The notes below the pieces were generated by a model. It had not been told where the DNA came from. It searched no databases and saw nothing but the letters and a program-made list of their open reading frames with translations. Positions 42,549-53,136 of a stretch of DNA of 64,000 nt are shown in pieces. This stretch comes from Terriglobia bacterium (lineage in GTDB: Bacteria > Acidobacteriota > Terriglobia > 20CM-2-55-15). The stretch spans positions 1,056,001 through 1,120,000 of the forward strand of contig CBDAOY010000008.1 of assembly GCA_965198225.1 (NCBI GenBank), in the 5' to 3' direction. The position numbers and the translations under genes were made by a program. The number at the start of each line of letters is the position of its first letter. The stretch's first letter is position 1.

Positions 42549-42806
42549 TTGAGAGCGATCGAACACCCGTACCACCACATCCAGTTGGAGCCCATCGACG
42601 ACCCACCGGACTCGGTCCTGATCAAGATACTGTCGATAGACGGACGCCGTTTCACCTTCCTGCTCCACAGTGAGTTGACCGAGGAAGCCGTCGACTTCGT
42701 CAAGCACACCATCGAAGGCGGTGCGATTCAGGACCTGTGGATCGAGCGGATCGAAGGCAAATTCGAGCTCCGCGATCCACCGAAACCACTGAAGAAACAC
42801 GGCTAG
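42549..42806 (+). CDS. hypothetical protein
   Basis: 85-aa ORF with protein-like composition, downstream of the CusF-like gene. Confidence 0.55.
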   Translation: MRAIEHPYHHIQLEPIDDPPDSVLIKILSIDGRRFTFLLHSELTEEAVDFVKHTIEGGAIQDLWIERIEGKFELRDPPKPLKKHG

Positions 42807-42833
42807 AGGACTCGCGCCACTGGTCGGGACATC

Positions 42834-42863
42834 TTGCAAACTCTTTCGGCCCTTTGCTACGAT
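42834..42863 (+). promoter_or_regulatory. sigma70 promoter of the original tRNA-Gln
   Basis: TTGCAA-18 bp-TACGAT with extended TGn, 25 bp upstream of the tRNA 5' fragment. Confidence 0.6.
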
Positions 42864-42887
42864 TTCCCTGTGGCGAGCGATCGCCCG

Positions 42888-42931
<44 letters not shown>

Positions 42932-43263
42932 CGAGACGACGTCCCTAACCCCCTGAAAACACGCTGAAACCCGTGTCCCGCTTAGGTTTCAACCTCTCCA
43001 GGCTCTCAGCCGTAGATGACACGGCTTGACAGGGCTTGTCGTCAGAGTCCCCACAAAATCCCCCACAGTGGCACAAAGGATGAGAGGCGGGCCCGTCTTT
43101 CATCGGTCTGGCCGTTGTTGCTCTCTGTCCGTGAACGCGGCGGACGGTGGCGCGGGAGAGGACAATCCTCAGGTGCGAAGCCTCTTCGCCCGAAGCAACG
43201 TATAAAGTTGAGGATGCTGATTTCCGTTGCGAACGCCAGGATTCGTCGCAGAAGATTCCTCTC

Positions 43264-44386
43264 ATGAACAAAGGGGAAATGATTGAGCTGCTCAAGACGG
43301 ACCTGGATGCGTGGAATGCGTGGAGGAAAGAGAATCCTCAGGCGGAAGTCGACCTGACCCAAGCCGACCTGGGCGATGCCGAGCTGTGCGGGGCCGACCT
43401 GCGATGCCGACCTGTCCTCCGCCGGCTTGGGCGAAGCTGACCTGGGCCATGCTGACCTAGGCGATGCCGACCTGGGCGATGCCGACCTGTACGGGGCCAA
43501 CCTTGGCAAGGCCAACCTTCGCAAGGCTAACCTTCGCAGGGCCAACCTTGGCAACGCCGACCTGTGCGGGGCCAACCTGATCCAGGCCAACCTGAGCCGG
43601 GCCTACCTGAGCGCAGCCGACCTGTCCGAAGCCGACCTGAGCGGGGCCGACCTTCGCGAGGCCGACCTGCTTTCCGCCATCCTGTTTTCGGCCAACCTGA
43701 CGATGGCCGATCTGAGAAAAACTGAATTCCAAGGCTCACGCCTCGGGAGAACCCTTTTTACAAACTGTGATGTGTCAGAGGCGAAAAACCTTGACAAGGC
43801 AGAGTTTGATTTTCCTTGCTCAATAGGCATCGACACAATTTATCGCTCACAAGGGAAGCTTCCCCGAGAATTTCTTGAGGACGCGGGCGTGCCAGTAGAG
43901 TTCATCACCTACGTGGATTCGCTGGCGGGAACGCCAATTCAATACTTTTCTTTATTTATCAGCTATAGCGCTAAAGACCAGGAATTTGCCGACCGACTTC
44001 ACTCGGATTTGCGCAGGGAGAAGGTCAGGTGCTGGCTGGCCACGGAGGACTTGAAGATTGGCGATAAGTTCAGGTCCACAATCGACGAGGCAATTCGCCT
44101 GCACGATAAGTTGGTCATTGTCCTGTCCGAGGACTCGATTGAAAGTGATTGGGTCGAGGAGGAAGTGGAGTCCGCGATGGAACGGGAAAAACGGGAGAAG
44201 AAGACTGTCCTTTTCCCGGTAAAACTGGACGACTTTGTCATGGACACTGAAGAGGCTTGGGCGGCGACGATCCGCCGTACTCGTCACATCGGTGACTTCA
44301 CCGGGTGGAAGGACCATTACTCTTACAAGAAGGCGTTTGACCGGGTGCTTCGAGACTTGAAAGCGGATGAGACTCCGGTAGAATGA
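43264..44386 (+). pseudogene. pentapeptide-repeat + TIR-domain protein (frameshift ~43402)
   Basis: WNAWR N-terminus, A(D/N)Lxx repeats, FISYSAKD, SDWVEEEV, FPVKLD; N-terminal part in another frame. Confidence 0.82.
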
Positions 44387-44647
44387 CCGCGCCCTTCCTT
44401 TCCCAGAACACGACCACGAACATCGTTGCGTTGAGCAAGCGCACCCTGATGCGTGCCCGAGCAAGACATCCTCGGGTGCGAAAACTGCGCTCCAGGCACG
44501 ACTGAGATTCCGTTCACATGGTTACTCTACGACGCCAGTGGCCAGGACCAGACGATTACGGACTACTTGTTGTCGGAGCCGGCAAAGTGCCCACGGTGTT
44601 GCGGGCCGGTGTTTGAGGAGACGTTGGTGGAGGACGCGAACTACTGA
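44383..44647 (+). pseudogene. small zinc-finger-like protein (apparent +1 indel ~44457)
   Basis: ATG overlaps the TIR stop; CENC...EIPF...DYLLSEPAKCPRC...ETLVE. Confidence 0.55.
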
Positions 44648-44973
44648 AGGCGTCTCAGGTAGACAAATGCCGCAGCCAGGCTGAGCAGAAGCGGCACCAT
44701 GTTCGCGGCCACCATCGATCGGTATAGCGTAATTTGGGGCCAGGCCGCGCCGACTGAGAGCAACACCAGGCAGAAACCGAAAGCCAAGACGGCGGCAGCG
44801 AGCATGAACCCGCCAGCTGCTCGGTTCGCGGGGTACCAGATCTCTGGAGAAGATAGGGTTTTTGAGGTTCTGAAGCCGTACAGGCCGTTCGGTGGCACTT
44901 TGCCAAGAGCCATCGGAATCGCCAACAGAGCTACTGTTGCGGGCAGGAAATAGCCCAGCAGGAAGTGATTCAT
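44641..44973 (-). CDS. SdpI/YhfL-family membrane protein
   Basis: VPPNGLYGFRT...WYPANRAAG motif, 3 TM helices. Confidence 0.8.
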   Translation of the reverse strand: MNHFLLGYFLPATVALLAIPMALGKVPPNGLYGFRTSKTLSSPEIWYPANRAAGGFMLAAAVLAFGFCLVLLSVGAAWPQITLYRSMVAANMVPLLLSLAAAFVYLRRLQ

Positions 44974-45397
44974 GCACGAGTTCTACTGGCATCCGCCCAA
45001 CATGTCCAGAACAAACTGAAGAAGTCACAGGAAACGAAGAAGTGGACTACCTGCTCTCGGAGCCGGGAACGTGCCCGAGATGTCGCGGAGAGGTTACGGA
45101 GAAGACGTTGGTGGAGTCGTGACCTGGAAAATATAGCATCCCTGGTCTGTCAGTGGTATAGGTTGAACACGGCACCACTCATGCCGCGGGGTCGCTGAGT
45201 GGATTGCGGTATTTACCCACCGCGAGAAGCTCGGCGGTCCCGACTTATTCGCCTCCCAACTTTCGACGCAACTATTCCGTGCCAGGCGAGCTGGTCCTTG
45301 TCCATCAGATCGAGTAGTTCGGCATGAGTCAAAACGTATTTCAGGTCGTCGCCAATGGAACGCCGAGTGCACGTGACGTCGTTCCTGAAGGCAGTAT

Positions 45398-45628
45398 ATG
45401 AAGGAACTGATCGAGCAGATCGCGAAAGCACTTGTGGACAACCCCAATGAAGTAGCTGTCCACCAGATTGAAGGCGAGCAGACGACCGTTTTTGAATTGC
45501 ACGTAGCTCAGAGTGACGTCGGCAAGGTGATCGGCAAGCAAGGCCGGACGGCGCACTCCATTCGAACCATTCTGAGTGCTGCCGGAATGAAGCTGAAGAG
45601 GCGGTTCACGCTTGAGATCCTGGACTAG
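45398..45628 (+). CDS. khpA: KH-domain RNA-binding protein KhpA/YlqC
   Basis: [29 protein letters not shown]. Confidence 0.9.
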   Translation: MKELIEQIAKALVDNPNEVAVHQIEGEQTTVFELHVAQSDVGKVIGKQGRTAHSIRTILSAAGMKLKRRFTLEILD

Positions 45629-46149
45629 GTGTCAACACTTTCCGAGACGTCTTTCGACCACCCTATCGATGTAACTCCGATCCTACATATAAAGTGACTG
45701 AAACGGCCAGAGATGAGACTGAGGCGAAGGCGGCCGAAGAGGTTGAGCGAAGGTTGCCGACTCTTGTGGTCGTGGGGTAACAGGTAACCAAGCAGACCAG
45801 CAACCCCCGCGGTGAATGGTATCTGGACGCAGTATAGCACCATGGGCTCCAAAGTAACCGGTAGGGACAGAAGGTGTACGCCAGCCCCGTGTTCCCGGCT
45901 ATGAAGTATCAGATCGTAGCCCGGTTCGACGCCAGGAGGTCTTTGTCCGAAACGACGCCCGAGAAACGCAAGACGACACCTAAGGGTTCCCACTCGAGGT
46001 TATACGGCATTCAATAATTCCTCGCTTGATGCACGCCGTCTCCGAACCTGGATGTCGTCAAAGCCTGTGTAGAAACCGAGGCTTATACCTTAGTGTCGTT
46101 TACGTTCCGTTGACGATAAGCCATTCGCTGATGCGCGGACGGTCCCCGC

Positions 46150-47294
46150 TCAAGAGATCTGGATCATCGTTTTGCCAAAGTTCTCGCCGCGCAGCATGCC
46201 GATGAAGGCGCCCACGGAGCTGTCCAGTCCGTGGGTGACGGTCTCGCGATACTTGAGCTTGCCCTCTTTGATCCAGCCCGACATGGTTCGCAACGCCTCG
46301 CCGGCGTCCGGTTGCCGAGCAGCAAGCTCGAAAAAATGGAAGAATCGGAATCCCTCGGTGGAGCCCTCCTCGCCGAGGTCCTTCAGCCCCGCCTCGCGCA
46401 GCCGCTTCAGCGGTGTTGCCTGTTGTTGTTCCCAGGGTGCGTTGTTCCTGGGGATGTTGTATTGGCTCACCCATCCGGCCACCGGCACGCGGCAACCTGA
46501 GTTCAGTAGCGGGATCACCGCCTCGAGCACTTCGCCGCCAACGTTCTCGAAGTAGACGTCGATGCCGTCGGGTACGGCCGCCGCCAGTCCGGTGGGAAGG
46601 TCGCCGGCCTTGTAGTCGATGCAAGCGTCGAAGCCGAGCTCGTCGACGCAGTAAGCGCACTTCCGAGGCCCGCCGGCGATGCCGACCACCCGGCAGCCGT
46701 GGATTTTCGCCAACTGCCCGACGACCTGCCCGACCGCACCACTGGCCGCGCTCACGACCACCGTTTCTCCCGCCTTGATGGTGGCCACGTTGAGCAGGCC
46801 GGCATACGCAGCGTAGCCGGTCATCCCCAAGATGCCGAGCGCGGTGGACGGTGGGCCGAGCGAGCCGTCCCACTTCTCGATGGGCATGCCTCGTTGCCCC
46901 ACTGCAGGTCTTCAGGCGTGCCGACACTGTATTCTTGCCAACCGTAGTAACCGACGACGAGATCGCCCTCGTTCCACGCGCTCGCTCGGCTCTCCACCAC
47001 CTCCGACACGGTGCCACCCACGATGGTGGAGCCCACGCTCCGCTTGTTGTTCATGGGGCCGGAGGCGTCCAGGCCGCGCATGTACGGGTCCAGCGTGAGC
47101 CACTTGGTACGCAGCAGCATCTGACCCTCGGCGACGGGCGGAACCTCCTCGGTCACCACCTCGAAATCGGAGGGCTTGGGCTCGCCCTCCGGATTCTTTT
47201 TCAGCACGATCCTGCGATTGACGACCCCGCCGCCTCGGACATGGTCTTCAACTGGCTCGATCGCGAGTCCTTGCCGCGTCTTGACACTGTTCAC
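46150..47294 (-). pseudogene. NADP-dependent oxidoreductase (CurA/PTGR-like), frameshift ~46889
   Basis: TLDPYMRG, GWQEY in one frame; LGILGMTG, VSAASGAVG, YFENVGG, NFGK in another. Confidence 0.82.
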
Positions 47295-47690
47295 GGTGTT
47301 TGCCTCCCTGAGGGATGCAGATGGAAGACCTTGTTGATGATCTTCCACTCCCCGTCGACCTTGAGCAGGGTGAACATGTCGGTGTAGCGGTAGCCGGTCC
47401 AGGCGTCCATTGTCGAGCTCGAGCCTTACGGTGGCCACGGAGTCTACGACGTCGATGCTGGCGATCCGCGCTTGGAGCCCCGTCGCTGGATCGTTCTCGT
47501 CAACCCAGTCAAAAAGCCGCTGTATAGGGCCCGCGAACAACTCGGCACCGACATAACCGAAGATCGTCGCGTCCTCGTGGAAGGCGGGTTTCATATCGTC
47601 GCCTTTGCCCGATTTTGCACCATCGATGTAGTGCTGGACGACATCGGCGATCACGTCGGACTCGCTCGCGTTTAAAGTTGCTGTATTCAT
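47291..47690 (-). pseudogene. NTF2-like/lumazine-binding family protein with 7-bp insertion ~47405
   Basis: YIDG, AFHEDA; C-terminus WTGYRYTDMFTLLKVDGEWKIINKVF out of frame. Confidence 0.78.
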
Positions 47691-47763
47691 GAGGTCACTC
47701 CTTCGATGAGACCGACCGGAGAGCCGTTGTTGGCGTCCCTGGTTGCGGTCTCGGTTCACATGT

Positions 47764-47792
47764 AGAGTCTCGGGTGGGCACCATTCGTTACA
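47764..47792 (-). promoter_or_regulatory. candidate ECF-sigma promoter
   Basis: TGTAAC-16 bp-AGACTCT upstream of the NTF2/oxidoreductase operon. Confidence 0.4.
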
Positions 47793-47873
47793 GGACCGCT
47801 GGACATTCCTGAGATCGTCAGTCTAGGATGCTTTCCACGACTCAGACGTTTTGACCTGGAAGCGAGAAACTAT

Positions 47874-48557
47874 ATGGGATCGAGCCTGGGAGGCGGCGGC
47901 ACAGCGGAAACCGCTTCGGGCGACGTCAAGCAGGTCGAATCTCTCCGCAGGGGCGATGAAGAGGCGTTCGTGGCCCTGGTGGAGCAGTATCACTCTTTTC
48001 TGATTCGTCTGGCCGGACTTTACGTTCGCAACCGGGCCGTGGCCGAAGACGTCGTCCAGGAAACCTGGCTGGGCGTGCTTCGGGGAATTGAAGGATTCGA
48101 AGGTCGCTCGTCTCTCCGAACATGGATTTCGAGAATCCTCGTCAACCGCGCCAGAACGCATGCCAAACGCGAGGGGCGCCTGATTCCATTCTCTGCACTG
48201 GTCGCCGACGAGGTCGGGCGTCGGGAAGCCGCAGTCGAACCGGAACGCTTTCGAGGTAACGAGGATGCATATCCCCATCATTGGAGAGTTCCGCCCAAGG
48301 GATGGGGCCAGGATTCAGAGAACCGATTGTTGCAGAAAGAGACGGTGCAGGCGGTTGAGAAAACCATCGAAAGCCTGCCCGAAGCGCAACGCACTGTGAT
48401 CAGCATGCGCGACGTCGAAGGATGGACTTCGCGGGAAGTCTGTAACACCTTGGAAATATCGGAGACGAATCAGAGGGTCCTGTTGCACCGGGCCCGATCC
48501 AAAGTACGGGCCGCACTGGAACGGTACTTTAAACGTGAAGAGGTGCGCGATGAGTGA
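47874..48557 (+). CDS. ECF RNA polymerase sigma factor
   Basis: AEDVVQETW, FEGRSSLRTW, LPEAQR, NQRVLLHRAR. Confidence 0.92.
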   Translation: MGSSLGGGGTAETASGDVKQVESLRRGDEEAFVALVEQYHSFLIRLAGLYVRNRAVAEDVVQETWLGVLRGIEGFEGRSSLRTWISRILVNRARTHAKREGRLIPFSALVADEVGRREAAVEPERFRGNEDAYPHHWRVPPKGWGQDSENRLLQKETVQAVEKTIESLPEAQRTVISMRDVEGWTSREVCNTLEISETNQRVLLHRARSKVRAALERYFKREEVRDE

Positions 48558-48807
48558 ACCTGGACCGATGGACTGCGATGAACTCGTGGAGCTGATTACC
48601 GACTTCATCGAAGGTCACCTGCCACCCGAGGAGCACGCCCGTCTCGAGTACCATCTCGCCCAGTGCGAGCCCTGCAACGCCTACTTGGAACAGATGCGGT
48701 TGACGATCCGTACCCTGGGTCGATTGGAGAACGAATCCCTCCCCGTGAAGGCGAGGGGGAGGCTACTGGCGGCCTTCCGCGACTGGAAGAGCGGTCAGAG
48801 CGGATGA
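48550..48807 (+). CDS. zf-HC2 (ZAS) anti-sigma factor
   Basis: C...HLAQCEPC (HxxxCxxC); overlaps the sigma gene. Confidence 0.88.
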   Translation: MSEPGPMDCDELVELITDFIEGHLPPEEHARLEYHLAQCEPCNAYLEQMRLTIRTLGRLENESLPVKARGRLLAAFRDWKSGQSG

Positions 48808-49112
48808 GCTTCATCCCGCCTGTTCTTCTGCCGAAATCGTCTTCAGGGCCTCTCGGTCCGCAGCGCCGCCAATCCGTCTCCCGGATCGCACGGGAGCTGT
48901 CCTGGGTCACCGCCGACCCCGACCCTCAGAAATGCGGTTGCAGGAACCATCGTTGCTGTGCTGAAAGGGGCCACGTGGCAAGCGAGTGCCCGAGCCAACC
49001 AACAACTAGAGTGTGGAGTTTCCGATGGGAGTACTACTGTGCTGCGTGTCGGGAGTACGAGTGGGCTGGGTCGAAGATGGGCTCGACCGCGATCATGAAC
49101 GAAACGGTCTAG
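48804..49112 (+). CDS. small Cys/His-rich hypothetical protein
   Basis: ATG overlaps the anti-sigma stop; CGCRNHRCC...CAAC. Confidence 0.5.
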   Translation: MSFIPPVLLPKSSSGPLGPQRRQSVSRIARELSWVTADPDPQKCGCRNHRCCAERGHVASECPSQPTTRVWSFRWEYYCAACREYEWAGSKMGSTAIMNETV

Positions 49113-49354
49113 GAAGCCGACAACGGACCACCGCCGGACTCGCGGTGCAGGACCTTGATCCCTTGCCAGGTCAGCTGGTCATTATCCATGAGTTCGAGCA
49201 GCTGCACGTTCGTCAGGTTGTACTCTTGGCCACCGTAGCCGGCACTGACATACAGCTTGTTGGCCGAGGCCGTCGTTACGATCAGCCCTTGATCCCGGAG
49301 ACCGGAGATTGCGCGGTCGAGGCGGCTTGGTCGATTCGTTGAGGTTCCCGGCAC
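49109..49354 (-). CDS. small hypothetical protein (paralog of remnant at 45213-45345)
   Basis: EYNLTNVQLLELMDNDQLTWQGI matches KYVLTHAELLDLMDKDQLAWHGI. Confidence 0.55.
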   Translation of the reverse strand: MPGTSTNRPSRLDRAISGLRDQGLIVTTASANKLYVSAGYGGQEYNLTNVQLLELMDNDQLTWQGIKVLHRESGGGPLSAS

Positions 49355-49456
49355 GGCTTGTCTCGATTATATAGGACGTAAAGCGGGGCCGTTCACACGC
49401 ACGCATTCCCGGTCCGACTACGTCTCCCTAGGGTATAAGGTACTTGGGTACGGACA

Positions 49457-50458
49457 ATGAAAGCTGGCGAAAAGAAAGTGGAGCCCAAAGAACCAGGGCT
49501 GCAGGAACAGGCTGCAGCCTGCATCGCCGCAGCCAACCATGTCCGTAACCTATCCAACGAGATTCATTCTCGGATGACATCTGAGTTTGGCCTCATCCCA
49601 TGCGGAGTAGTGGAGTTCGCTGAGAAAGCGGCGGCCCTGCTGGACTGGAGCAACTACTGCGGGCAGCGGGCCAAGGATGGCAAGCCACTCCTCGAGGGCG
49701 CCGATTCGCCCATGTTGAAAGTGGCGCTTCTCAAGTGGCGACGAAAACACGCGACCGACCTCGAAAGACCCCGGTCCAGGACGACGGATCGGGGGATTAT
49801 CGGGCAACTCAATGCGGAACTCTACTGCATTCATTGGCTCCTGAAGCATCCCGACTTATCGGTGGAGCCCGCTACCGTGCCCCGCCTTACGGACTACATG
49901 TCCGTCCAACGAGCCGAAATAGGGTCAGTCGGCGGTGCGCTCTCCGATCGAGAGTATGATCAGAAATTCGGGGTCCTTCTCTCGGCTCCATTGGTGGATG
50001 GCGATTTCGAGTACTACCGTGCAAAGTGTGATCTTCGCGGCGTGCCGCTAAGTCTAGCGTTCATGGACATCGACGACTTTAAACCGTACAACACAAAGTT
50101 CGGGCACACAGCGGTAGATAGGGAGCTGCTACCTAAACTGCAACAAGCGGTCGAAGCCCACACCTTTCAGCGTGGCGAGGCGTACCGCGTGGGTGGTGAC
50201 GAGTTCATCACGATTCTGCCAAATATGTCGGAAGCCCAGGCCTGAGCACATTTAGCAGACTTACAAGATCGCCTGACCAAGGTCGACTACTGGCTGAACC
50301 TCGACGACCGACCAACTATCTCAGCCGGCCTCACCACCGTCCTGCCAGACAGTTTCCAGACGACGCGCGAGATCCGAGAAGCAGCGAATTCGGCCTTGCT
50401 CGAGGCGAAGGAGCAGGGGGGAAACAGCATCGTTACCACGACGCTAATAGCGGAATAA
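49457..50458 (+). pseudogene. GGDEF diguanylate cyclase with in-frame TGA at 50243
   Basis: DIDDFK, NTKFGH, RVGGDEF; reading continues in frame as TISAG...AANSALLEAKEQGGN. Confidence 0.8.
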
Positions 50459-50571
50459 GCCGGTCTCCCGTTCTTTGACATCCCACCATCGCGTGCTTTA
50501 CTCAGGACAGCAGGTGAGGGTTCGACATCCACTGAGACTACGGGTCATCCCCGGAAGGAGGAGGAAATGCC

Positions 50572-51204
50572 ATGACCAAGTTGCTGCTGGGTTTGCTCAT
50601 CTCCATTTCATCCATTCCCAGCCTCCAGCAGCAGCGTGATCCCGGCAGTCTGATGATCGGCGGTGTGCGTGCGCCGGAGGTGCTATTCGAGACGAAACCC
50701 GCCTACACGGTCGAAGCGTTCAAGAACAGGGTCGAGGGCACAGTCGTTTTGCTGGGCTTTGTCCGCCAAGACGGTAGTTTTGAACTCTATCGTGTCCTTC
50801 GCGGTCTAGGTTTCGGCTTGGACGAGCAGGCAGTTCTCGCTGTCCGTAGCTGGCGTTTTCGGCCCGGGACCAAGGACGGCACCGCAGTTGATATGCTCCA
50901 TACCATCGAGGTGTCATTCAAGCGCTCCGATGCGAGGGAAAAGCTTGTTAGGCCAAGCATTAGTGACTGGATGAAGCAGTTCGTCGCTGAAGCGAAGCAA
51001 GCGGGTCTAGAAGGACTCATCGAAGCGGAGATCACGATAACGCCGGCTGGAACGCTTACTGACGTGAACGTCGTGAAGGATACCGATGTGGCGTTGACCG
51101 CATTCTTGATGGCCGCTGCAAGACGGGCGAAACTTGCGCCGGCGACATTGAACGGCGTCCCCTTTGAGACCAACGCGAAAATCCACTATGGAGTCCCGCA
51201 ATAA
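50572..51204 (+). CDS. TonB C-terminal domain protein (two TonB_C-like domains)
   Basis: PAYT..A...VEGTV, GLDEQAV.AVRSWRFRPG; strong RBS. Confidence 0.8.
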   Translation: MTKLLLGLLISISSIPSLQQQRDPGSLMIGGVRAPEVLFETKPAYTVEAFKNRVEGTVVLLGFVRQDGSFELYRVLRGLGFGLDEQAVLAVRSWRFRPGTKDGTAVDMLHTIEVSFKRSDAREKLVRPSISDWMKQFVAEAKQAGLEGLIEAEITITPAGTLTDVNVVKDTDVALTAFLMAAARRAKLAPATLNGVPFETNAKIHYGVPQ

Positions 51205-51229
51205 GTCGCTTTGAGTCAGTGGCGGTCGA

Positions 51230-52255
51230 CTACCTCGGGGACGATCTTCGGAACGCCACAGCCATAACCGCTGCGATTTCCCCCTCGACCGGTGTCGTCG
51301 GCAAAGCAGTCATCTGTAGCGACGGACCGACAAAGTCTTCTGGTCGTTCCACGCTTGATTCGCCGAGCGCATACAGATAGTTCTCCAGCGTCGAGCGGGC
51401 TTCTCGAACGAACGCGGAAGCGGCGTCAAGCTGGCCGTTGCCTACAAGTTGTTCGATACCTTGGTAGAAGTCGCGCACTAACCACATCGGATGTGTGTCC
51501 GCCGGGTACTTGGGCGCCAGCGTCACCACTACCTGACTATTAAAGGAATAGTCCAGGACAGGTGCGAGTTGTTCACGAATGATATTAGGAGCAACGTCGA
51601 AGCCGACGTTTTCCATTTCTCCACCACGAAAGTAGGCGTTAGTAAAACCGGGTAACTTGTCGGTGATGATCCTATATCCGCTCAACGTCTCCCCGGGGTG
51701 AATGGCGGATGCGTACCGATCGACAACGCTGCGGGGATCGCTGCTGTACCAGCTAAGCAAGCCCCCGGCTTCCTGGTTGTCCAACGTGTCACGAACAATG
51801 GAAATCCCAGACCGACTCCTCCCGCTGGCCCAGAAGTCCGGGGATTCCGAGCGGTCGCTGTCGGAAATCTCAGGCAGGACCAGATTCCAAACCATGACGG
51901 GCAACTTCGCACCCGGATCGTTGCGGACTGTGTACTCGTACTCTAACGTTCCTTCCTCCTGCTCACGTAGCGCGACACGCATTGTGGGCCGTACGTTTCG
52001 CTGCAGGAGAACCCGTACGATCTTTAGGCGTCCAGGATTCTGTGAGAAGCCGCGCGTGCCGAGGTTTTCCGGAAACGCCAGAACAGCTTCTCCAGTTCCC
52101 GGATCGAAGAATACGTACTGACCATCCAACTCAGACGGGAGGACACCTCCCGGCGGCCAGATCGGTACAGGGCTGAGGCCTACGGACGCCACCTGCGCTA
52201 CAACAGGAATGCCGGCCAGAGCTATGAACGCCAAGGTCGTCAACGCTCGTGTCAT
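51230..52255 (-). CDS. secreted hypothetical protein
   Basis: Signal peptide, RBS GAGGAG, long ORF. Confidence 0.65.
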   Translation of the reverse strand: MTRALTTLAFIALAGIPVVAQVASVGLSPVPIWPPGGVLPSELDGQYVFFDPGTGEAVLAFPENLGTRGFSQNPGRLKIVRVLLQRNVRPTMRVALREQEEGTLEYEYTVRNDPGAKLPVMVWNLVLPEISDSDRSESPDFWASGRSRSGISIVRDTLDNQEAGGLLSWYSSDPRSVVDRYASAIHPGETLSGYRIITDKLPGFTNAYFRGGEMENVGFDVAPNIIREQLAPVLDYSFNSQVVVTLAPKYPADTHPMWLVRDFYQGIEQLVGNGQLDAASAFVREARSTLENYLYALGESSVERPEDFVGPSLQMTALPTTPVEGEIAAVMAVAFRRSSPR

Positions 52256-52272
52256 ATTATTTCTCCTCATTC

Positions 52273-53050
52273 CTAGGATCCCCACTCGCAGTGAAAGTGC
52301 TCGTTATCCGTATCCGGGTCTCCGTGAAGAGTCCAGATTGCTCCATTCTCCGTGCAAATCTGTCGAAATCTTTCCTGTACGAAGGGTATGCGGGGAACAG
52401 AGTTCGGTGCCATTCCCACGGATATCAACGGACGTTCCGTAGCGATGTGTCTCGTGAGGTGGGCTCCATTTGGAGAGGCCCACATCAAACAGGCCGCCAT
52501 AAACGAGAGAAAGGTCGTTAATCGCGATGATGGGGTGTTGAGGAAACTCAGCATGGTACTGGCTCGCGGTGTCCTGAACTCCGTAAACGGTATTCAGTGT
52601 GCCGTAGTGATTTCCCCATGGGTGGATCGATGTCCAACCGATATTCACATACGTCTGTTGGCCGAAAGGCAGAGTGTACAATCCTCCGACTCCAACCGCA
52701 AAGTAGGACCGGCTGCAGAATGTTGCACAGACATCGATGTATTCGACGCCTCCGACCTCATCCGTTGTAACGGCCAACGGCAGCCCCCAGTAACCTGTGT
52801 TGCCGTAGGTCGGAGAGACCGTGCTGTAGGGTTTGGCGAAGTCCTCGTGTTGATGACCTCCTGAAAAATTACTGTAGCCGTTGGAAATCGTTACGTTGCA
52901 GTAGTAGACGATGTACCCGTACTGGTCCACACAATAGGCATACAGGGTACTCGTCGAATTCAGAGGGAGCTGCGCGCGTGCGACCGGCGCAAACGCACCT
53001 CCGACCAGGAAAAGTAATGAGAGTCTCAGCAACCATTGTTGATAACCCAA
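52273..53050 (-). pseudogene. secreted LAS-type (M15/M74-like) metallopeptidase, frameshift ~52410
   Basis: Signal peptide; INDLSLVYGG, HETHRYGTSVD (H-x6-D); EHFH motif in the shifted frame. Confidence 0.6.
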
Positions 53051-53136
53051 GGGGAGCCTCCTTTTGGTTTTCAGCTAATAAACGCCGTGAAGTCTACGAC
53101 GGCTCACTCCCAAATAGTAGGTGTCTGACCTGCTGA

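Noticed and set aside
45625-45993. 122-aa minus-strand ORF
   Set aside because: No motifs, no clear RBS and atypical composition; not called as a CDS.
46821-47759. Apparent NTF2-oxidoreductase fusion ORF (312 aa)
   Set aside because: Artefact of a 7-bp insertion joining two separate, translationally coupled genes.
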